DNA of 64,000 nucleotides from an uncultured bacterium (GTDB lineage Bacteria; Babelota; Babeliae; Babelales; Babelaceae): NCBI GenBank assembly GCA_963819815.1, contig CAWFXL010000001.1, positions 896,001 to 960,000 of the forward strand, read 5' to 3'. Shown piece by piece: positions 58,444 to 64,000 of this stretch (position 1 is its first letter; each line of letters starts with the position of its first letter). The notes under the pieces were generated by a model. It saw only the letters and a program-made list of their open reading frames with translations, ran no database searches and was not told where the DNA came from. The position numbers and the translations under genes were made by a program.

Positions 58444-60090
58444 ATGAAAATTCGTACATTTGCATTACGCAATCTGCTCATGATTCTATGGCCCCTTTGT
58501 GTTATGGCCGCACAGCGTTCAGAAGAAGTTGCACTTCCGGCAATAGAAAACGTCCAACAGCAGCTCATCAGTGCTTCAAAAGCTGGCGATGCTGATCGTA
58601 TAAGAACTCTTCTTACTCAAGGTGCGTTGCTATGCCAGAAAGATAGATCTGGCTATACACCCTTTGAGTGGGCAGCTATCTATGGGCATGTGGCTTGCTT
58701 ACATATTTTCCTTGGTGAACTTGAAAACAATACACCTTCCGATTGCAGAGGTCCTTATTACGTAACCTTAAAAGCCATCAAGAGGTTCAACGTTAACTTG
58801 GATATATTCCAAAGGGATGCCCAGAGCACAGAACTGACTGAGCTTGCCAGATGCATTTTGAAAATATATGACGAGGGGTTTTGCGATGACATGGGCTTCA
58901 AATGGGACAAAGATATCGTCGGTTGTGGAGAAATACGTTCGAAGGTTTACGAGAGATTACAAGTCCAACTTTCACTTAATATCGTTCTGAACTGTTTTTC
59001 ATCGGGTGACAACGTTCTGCAGCAAGCTCTACTATCTGCTGGGGCAGACCGTACAACTGATGATCCACATAAAGTGATCCTATCATTTTTAAAAGACCGT
59101 CACTTTTATTACCATTCTAGAGAATATCGGCAGGCATTACTGTATGCTGGAGCTCGCCCCGATGGTTCTAACTGCCCAGGAGGGTATTATGAAGAGAGGA
59201 TTAGAGAATATCATTTTAATACGCTCATGCGTTTTGCCATCCATGAGGAGCGCGAAGATCTTCTATGTGCTCTTATAGCTACAAAAACAAGTCTTACTAA
59301 AACGTACGACTGGGAAAACCCACGCCGAGACAGCGGTAAGACGCTTCTTCACATTGCAGGAGAGCTTGACAGGGCAAGAATGGTTAAACTATTAATTGAT
59401 GCAGGCGCCCCGATCGAGCAAGAAGGGAGATTCACAGAGGGTACTGCCTTTGATGTAGCCTGTAAACAGAAATCATTGAATGCTGCACAGGTCCTTTTTG
59501 AATCGGGTGCATCTATTAAAGCTACGTACACCCATGAACTAGTCATACGACATTTAGGTAAACAGCCCTTTTATAAAATGCTCCTGCAGGGAGGCAAAGT
59601 AAGATATGTCCCCACAAGGAATGATGCAAAGATTGCAATGCAGACCATTGCACGTCTCATATATACCTTGAACCACTTGCCAGCTTACGTTATCTATGAG
59701 ATCATCTTATTTGCGGCAGGAGAACAGAATGATGAGCAAGGACTTCTGGTTACACCTAAATGGACCAGATCATTAAGAAATTCCCTCGCGGTGTTGTATC
59801 TCTACAAATGTAACGGCAATAAGCTTTTTCCTATCTGGGAACAAACCATTAAGTGCTTAGTAAAAGATCCACAACAGCAAGCTCTGGTCATTTCAAAACT
59901 CGAGAATTTTTTTCGACCATTTCTAGGCAATGACGTCATAAAGATCGCCTGTTCGCACCTGATGCAGAAAATTGCTAAAGATGCAGAGCAAAGTAAATAT
60001 GAAAATGATCTATTTGGTGAAGATTTTGAGCCCTATTACAAACATATGGCACAAGGGCCACTGAAAATAGATGGATCTGATACCCCTTAG
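58444..60090 (+). CDS. Exported ankyrin-repeat protein, subfamily B, with a divergent core
   Basis: Paralogous N- and C-termini with a distinct central region. Confidence 0.9.
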   Translation: MKIRTFALRNLLMILWPLCVMAAQRSEEVALPAIENVQQQLISASKAGDADRIRTLLTQGALLCQKDRSGYTPFEWAAIYGHVACLHIFLGELENNTPSDCRGPYYVTLKAIKRFNVNLDIFQRDAQSTELTELARCILKIYDEGFCDDMGFKWDKDIVGCGEIRSKVYERLQVQLSLNIVLNCFSSGDNVLQQALLSAGADRTTDDPHKVILSFLKDRHFYYHSREYRQALLYAGARPDGSNCPGGYYEERIREYHFNTLMRFAIHEEREDLLCALIATKTSLTKTYDWENPRRDSGKTLLHIAGELDRARMVKLLIDAGAPIEQEGRFTEGTAFDVACKQKSLNAAQVLFESGASIKATYTHELVIRHLGKQPFYKMLLQGGKVRYVPTRNDAKIAMQTIARLIYTLNHLPAYVIYEIILFAAGEQNDEQGLLVTPKWTRSLRNSLAVLYLYKCNGNKLFPIWEQTIKCLVKDPQQQALVISKLENFFRPFLGNDVIKIACSHLMQKIAKDAEQSKYENDLFGEDFEPYYKHMAQGPLKIDGSDTP

Positions 60091-60123
60091 TTATAGAAAT
60101 ATGTATATGGAAAGGAAAATCTC

Positions 60124-61776
60124 ATGAAAATTCGTACATTTGCACTACGCAATCTACTCCTGATTCTATGGCCCCTTGGTGTTATGGCCGCACAACGTGC
60201 AGAAGAAATTGCACTTCCCGCAGTAGAGAACATGCAACAACAACTCATCAGTGCTGCAAAAGCTGGCGATGCCAATCGTATAAGAACTCTTCTTGCTCAA
60301 GGTGCTCTACTTTGCCAGGAAGATAGTTCTGGCCGTACACCTTTTGACTGGGCAGCTATTTATGGGCATGTTGCATGCTTACATATTTTCCTTGGTGAAC
60401 TTGAAAACAATACACCACTTGATCGCCGTAATGAGTATTATGAAACTCTAAAAGGCATAAAAATGCACCACTTAGATTTGGATATATTCCAAAGAGATCC
60501 ACAGAGTACTGAGATTAGATGCCTGGCTCCTTTCCTTTTAAGGATGTATGATCATTTATGGATATATGATCATTTAGGCGGCTTGGGTCATGAAATCCCT
60601 GGCTGCCAACGTTTACTTAGAGAGATTTACTACAGAATACGAGACCAGCTTTCACTTAACATTGTACTGAACTGTTTTTCGTCTGGTGACGACGTTCTGC
60701 AGCAAGCCCTACTAGCCGCAGGGGCACAGCGTGAAACAGGAAATCTTGATCACCTATTCAACCCTTTACAAGGCCCTCGCTCTATACTCAGACTAAAACT
60801 ACTCAGACTAAAACTACTTTGTGAAGGAGAAATACCTGATGCTAACTGTACAACTCCACCTCCTTCAAAAGAAAAAATCAGAGAAAATCATCTTACAAGG
60901 CTCATGCATTTTGCCATCCGTGAAGAGCATGAAGCCCTTTTGCTCGCTTTTATAGCTGTAGAATCGAGTTTTATTGCCGCTATTAATGCAGGAGGCCAAT
61001 TTAACGGAGTGCCACCGCTTCACCGGGCAGCATGGTATAACAGAACAAGAATGGCAAGATTATTACTTGATGCGGGTGCACCCGTCGACCGGCGAAATGG
61101 TTCAGATACTGCGTTTCGTTACGCCTATGAACGTAAATCACACGATGTCGCCCAGGTCCTTTTTGAATCAGGCGCTTCTATTAAAGATAGATATACCCGT
61201 GAACTATGCATCCAACATTTAGGTAAACAGCCCTTTTATAAAATGCTTCTGCAGGGTAGCAAAGTAAGATATGCTCCCACAAAGAACGATGCAAAAATTG
61301 CCATGCAAAATGTTGCATCCCTCATCTATCTCCTTGGCGTTCGTCTTGCTTTACCACCATATATCATCTATGAACTCATTCTATTTGCTGCAGGCAAAAA
61401 GAATGATGAGCAAGGAAATCCAATTGCACAAGAATGGACTAGATCATTAAGAAATTCCCTCGCGGTGCTCTATCTCTACAAATGTAACGGCAATACGCTT
61501 TTTCCTTTATGGGAACAAACCATTAAGTGCCTAGCAAAAGATCCACAACAGCAAGCACTGGTTATTTCAAAACTTGAAAATTTCATTCGGCCATTTCTCG
61601 GCAATGATGTCATAAAGACCGCCTGTTCGCACCTGATGCAGAAAATTGCTGAAGATGCTAGCCTAGAAGAGCAAAGTACCTATTATGAAGACTTATTTGG
61701 AGAAGATTTTAAGCTCTATTACAAACATTTAAAAGAGTCAGGGTATCTAACAATTAACGGAACTGAAGCCCCTTAA
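60124..61776 (+). CDS. Exported ankyrin-repeat protein, subfamily B
   Basis: Paralog motifs; two short in-frame duplications. Confidence 0.9.
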   Translation: MKIRTFALRNLLLILWPLGVMAAQRAEEIALPAVENMQQQLISAAKAGDANRIRTLLAQGALLCQEDSSGRTPFDWAAIYGHVACLHIFLGELENNTPLDRRNEYYETLKGIKMHHLDLDIFQRDPQSTEIRCLAPFLLRMYDHLWIYDHLGGLGHEIPGCQRLLREIYYRIRDQLSLNIVLNCFSSGDDVLQQALLAAGAQRETGNLDHLFNPLQGPRSILRLKLLRLKLLCEGEIPDANCTTPPPSKEKIRENHLTRLMHFAIREEHEALLLAFIAVESSFIAAINAGGQFNGVPPLHRAAWYNRTRMARLLLDAGAPVDRRNGSDTAFRYAYERKSHDVAQVLFESGASIKDRYTRELCIQHLGKQPFYKMLLQGSKVRYAPTKNDAKIAMQNVASLIYLLGVRLALPPYIIYELILFAAGKKNDEQGNPIAQEWTRSLRNSLAVLYLYKCNGNTLFPLWEQTIKCLAKDPQQQALVISKLENFIRPFLGNDVIKTACSHLMQKIAEDASLEEQSTYYEDLFGEDFKLYYKHLKESGYLTINGTEAP

Positions 61777-61811
61777 GTTCTGGAAATAAGTATATAGTAA
61801 GGAATAATGTG

Positions 61812-63425
61812 ATGAGCTTTCGTATATTTGGACTAAGTAGTCTACTCATTATATCAATGAACCTTGGTGGTGCTATGACTACACAACGCATAGATGTTGC
61901 ACTTCCAGCAGTAGAGAATGTGCAACAACAGCTCATTAGTGCTGCAAAAGCTGGCGATGCCGATCGTATAAGAACTCTTCTTGCTCAAGGTGCTTTACTA
62001 TGCCAGAAAGATAGCTGTTGGTATACACCCTTTGACTGGGCAGCTATTTATGGGCATGTTACATGCTTACATATTTTCCTTGATGAACTTGAAAACAATA
62101 CACCAATAGATTGCCGAGATGAGTACTATGAAACTCTAAAAGGCATAAAGATGCACCACGTTGATTTGGGTATATTCCAAAGAGATCCCCAGAGTATTGA
62201 GATTAAATGCCTGGCTCCTTTCCTTCTGAGGATGTATGACCATTTCGGCGACTGGGGTCATGAAATCCGTGGCAGCCCAAATTTACTGAGAGAGATTTAC
62301 GACAGAATACGAGACCAGCTTTCACTTAACATTGTACTGAACTATTTTTCGTCTGGTGACAACGTTCTGCAGCAAGCCCTACTAGCCTCAGGAGCACATC
62401 GTGAAATAGGAAATCTTGATCACCTATTCAACCCTTTACAAGGCCCTCGCTCTATACTCAGACTAGCACTACTCTGTGCTGGAGAAGCACCTGACATTAA
62501 CCATACAACTGCACCTCCTTCAAAAGAAAAAATCAGAGAGCATCATCTTACAAGGCTCATGCGTTTTGCCATCCGTGAAGAGCATGAAGCCCTTTTGCGG
62601 GCTCTTATAGATGAAGGAATAAGCGTTAGAACTGCCACTGTATCAAGCGACTGGCCAAATCTTCACGTTGCAGCATGGTATGGCAAGGTAGGAATGGCAA
62701 GAATATTACTTGATGCAGGCGCGCCTATCGACCAGCGACGCGGTTCAGATACTGCTTTTTGTTTCGCCTGTGAACGTAAATCATACGATGTAGCACAACT
62801 CCTTTTTGAATCAGGCACTTCCATTGAAGATAGCTATACCCGTCGACTATGCATACGACATTTAGGTAAACAGCCCTTTTATAAAATGCTTCTCACGGGA
62901 AGTAAAAAAAGATATGCCCCCACAAAGAATGATGCGAAAATTGCCATGCAAAATATTGCATTCCTCATCTACATCTTTGGCACTACATGTAATCTTCCAC
63001 CTTACGTTATCTATGAGCTACTTCTATTTGCAACAGGCGAACAGAAAGATGAGCAGGGAGATCCGATTGCACCTGAATGGACTCGATCAATAAAAAAATC
63101 CCTCTCAGTGTTGTATCTCTACAAATGTAATGGCAATAGACTTTTTCCCCTGTGGGAACAAACTATTAAGTGCCTTGTAAAAGATCCACAACAGCAAGCA
63201 CTGGTCATTTCAAACCTTGAGAATTTCATTCGACCGGTTCTCGGCAATGATGTCGTGAAATTAGCTTGCATATTTCTTATGCAGAAAATTGCTGCAGATG
63301 CTGGCCCACAACAGCAACTTGCATATGAAAATGCCCTTTTTGGCAAAGATTTTGAGCTGTATTGCAAATATTTAAAAGGGTCAGGGTATCTAGCAATTGA
63401 TGGAAACGGAAAGGAAGCACCTTAA
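61812..63425 (+). CDS. Exported ankyrin-repeat protein, subfamily B
   Basis: Paralog motifs. Start is either GTG 61809 or ATG 61812. Confidence 0.9.
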   Translation: MSFRIFGLSSLLIISMNLGGAMTTQRIDVALPAVENVQQQLISAAKAGDADRIRTLLAQGALLCQKDSCWYTPFDWAAIYGHVTCLHIFLDELENNTPIDCRDEYYETLKGIKMHHVDLGIFQRDPQSIEIKCLAPFLLRMYDHFGDWGHEIRGSPNLLREIYDRIRDQLSLNIVLNYFSSGDNVLQQALLASGAHREIGNLDHLFNPLQGPRSILRLALLCAGEAPDINHTTAPPSKEKIREHHLTRLMRFAIREEHEALLRALIDEGISVRTATVSSDWPNLHVAAWYGKVGMARILLDAGAPIDQRRGSDTAFCFACERKSYDVAQLLFESGTSIEDSYTRRLCIRHLGKQPFYKMLLTGSKKRYAPTKNDAKIAMQNIAFLIYIFGTTCNLPPYVIYELLLFATGEQKDEQGDPIAPEWTRSIKKSLSVLYLYKCNGNRLFPLWEQTIKCLVKDPQQQALVISNLENFIRPVLGNDVVKLACIFLMQKIAADAGPQQQLAYENALFGKDFELYCKYLKGSGYLAIDGNGKEAP

Positions 63426-63440
63426 GTTCTGGAAATAATC

Positions 63441-63593
63441 GCCTGTTTGTACCTTTTGGAGAAAGTTACGGAAGAAGTGGCCCTCAATAGCAAAGTGCCT
63501 ATGAAAATGCCCTTTTTTGGCAAAGATTGCGAGCTCTATTACAAGCCTTTGGCAGGGTATCTGCAGCCCATACATTGACTTGACACACCTTAA
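63441..63593 (+). pseudogene. Decayed 3' remnant of a subfamily B ankyrin gene
   Basis: GCCTGT...GAAAGTTACGGAAGA...CAAAGTGCCTATGAAAATGCCTTTTTTGGCAAAGATTGCGAGCTCTATTACAAG...CAGGGTATCT...CACCTTAAGTT aligns, with indels, to the last ~50 codons of neighbouring genes. Confidence 0.75.
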
Positions 63594-63676
63594 GTTTAGA
63601 ATGCTCAACAAATTGTCTCTTGTGACAAATGAGGAAAAAAATCATCTGTAAAATTGTAAAAATAAGGAACAATCGT

Positions 63677-64000
63677 ATGAAAAAACTACTTGGGCTCACT
63701 AGTCTACTCATTATCTCATGGAGTCTTTGCGCTTTGGCTGCACAATGCGCAGAAGTTACTCTTCCAGCAGTAGAGGATGTGCAACAACAGCTCATCAATG
63801 CTGCAAAAGCTGGTGATGCTGCTCATATAAAAGCTCTCCTCACTCAGGGTGCTTTAATCGTTGAGCCTGATAGTTCAGGGATGGATAAGCTTACAGCATT
63901 TGAGTGGGCAGCAATAAGGGGACATATTGAATGTTGTAATGTGTTACTTGATGAGCTTGAAAGCAATACTCCATCGGCAGTTAAAGTAGTACAAACTGGC
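63677..64000 (+). CDS. Partial exported ankyrin-repeat protein running off the window end
   Basis: MKKLLGLTSLLIISWSLCALAA...LPAVEDVQQQLINAAKAGD...TAFEWAAIRGH; open to the window edge. Confidence 0.85.
   Translation, partial: MKKLLGLTSLLIISWSLCALAAQCAEVTLPAVEDVQQQLINAAKAGDAAHIKALLTQGALIVEPDSSGMDKLTAFEWAAIRGHIECCNVLLDELESNTPSAVKVVQTG

Noticed and set aside
55080..60130. Repeated intergenic sequence GTTATAGAAATATGTATATG...AAGGAAAA as a CRISPR repeat or attC site
   Set aside because: Copies are kilobases apart, co-duplicated with gene ends and not palindromic. No cas or integrase gene is present.
40558..64000. Diversity-generating retroelement acting on the ankyrin array
   Set aside because: No reverse transcriptase or non-coding template repeat in the window, and variation between paralogs is not restricted to adenines.

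Overview
This is a 64-kb bacterial chromosomal window. It most plausibly comes from an intracellular parasite of protists, such as Candidatus Dependentiae/Babelota (TM6). That assignment is an inference from gene content: many signal-peptide orphans, DUF4143 ATPases and a large ankyrin expansion. Positions 1-37 kb hold housekeeping genes (glk, hppA, murE, thrS, ruvX, tsaB, rsmE, gpmI, truA, typA, rpsF/rpsR, ftsY). Interspersed with them are five exported thioredoxins around a histone H1-like gene and two paralogous Cys-rich beta-helix proteins. Several exported proteins carry eukaryote-like motifs: a membrane-anchored protein with 2 clear and 2 degenerate WH2 actin-binding motifs plus polyproline (25236-26936); its neighbour with a Josephin-like Q-C-H-N papain motif set (23712-25169); an ATAD3-like AAA protein with a broken Walker A; and a protein with two MIU-like ubiquitin-binding helices. 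From 40.5 kb to the window end runs a tandem, recombining array of at least 14 exported ankyrin genes, each complete one carrying an F-box/PRANC-like motif. No rRNA, tRNA, CRISPR array, transposase or reverse transcriptase was recognised. All family calls were made by eye, without database searches.
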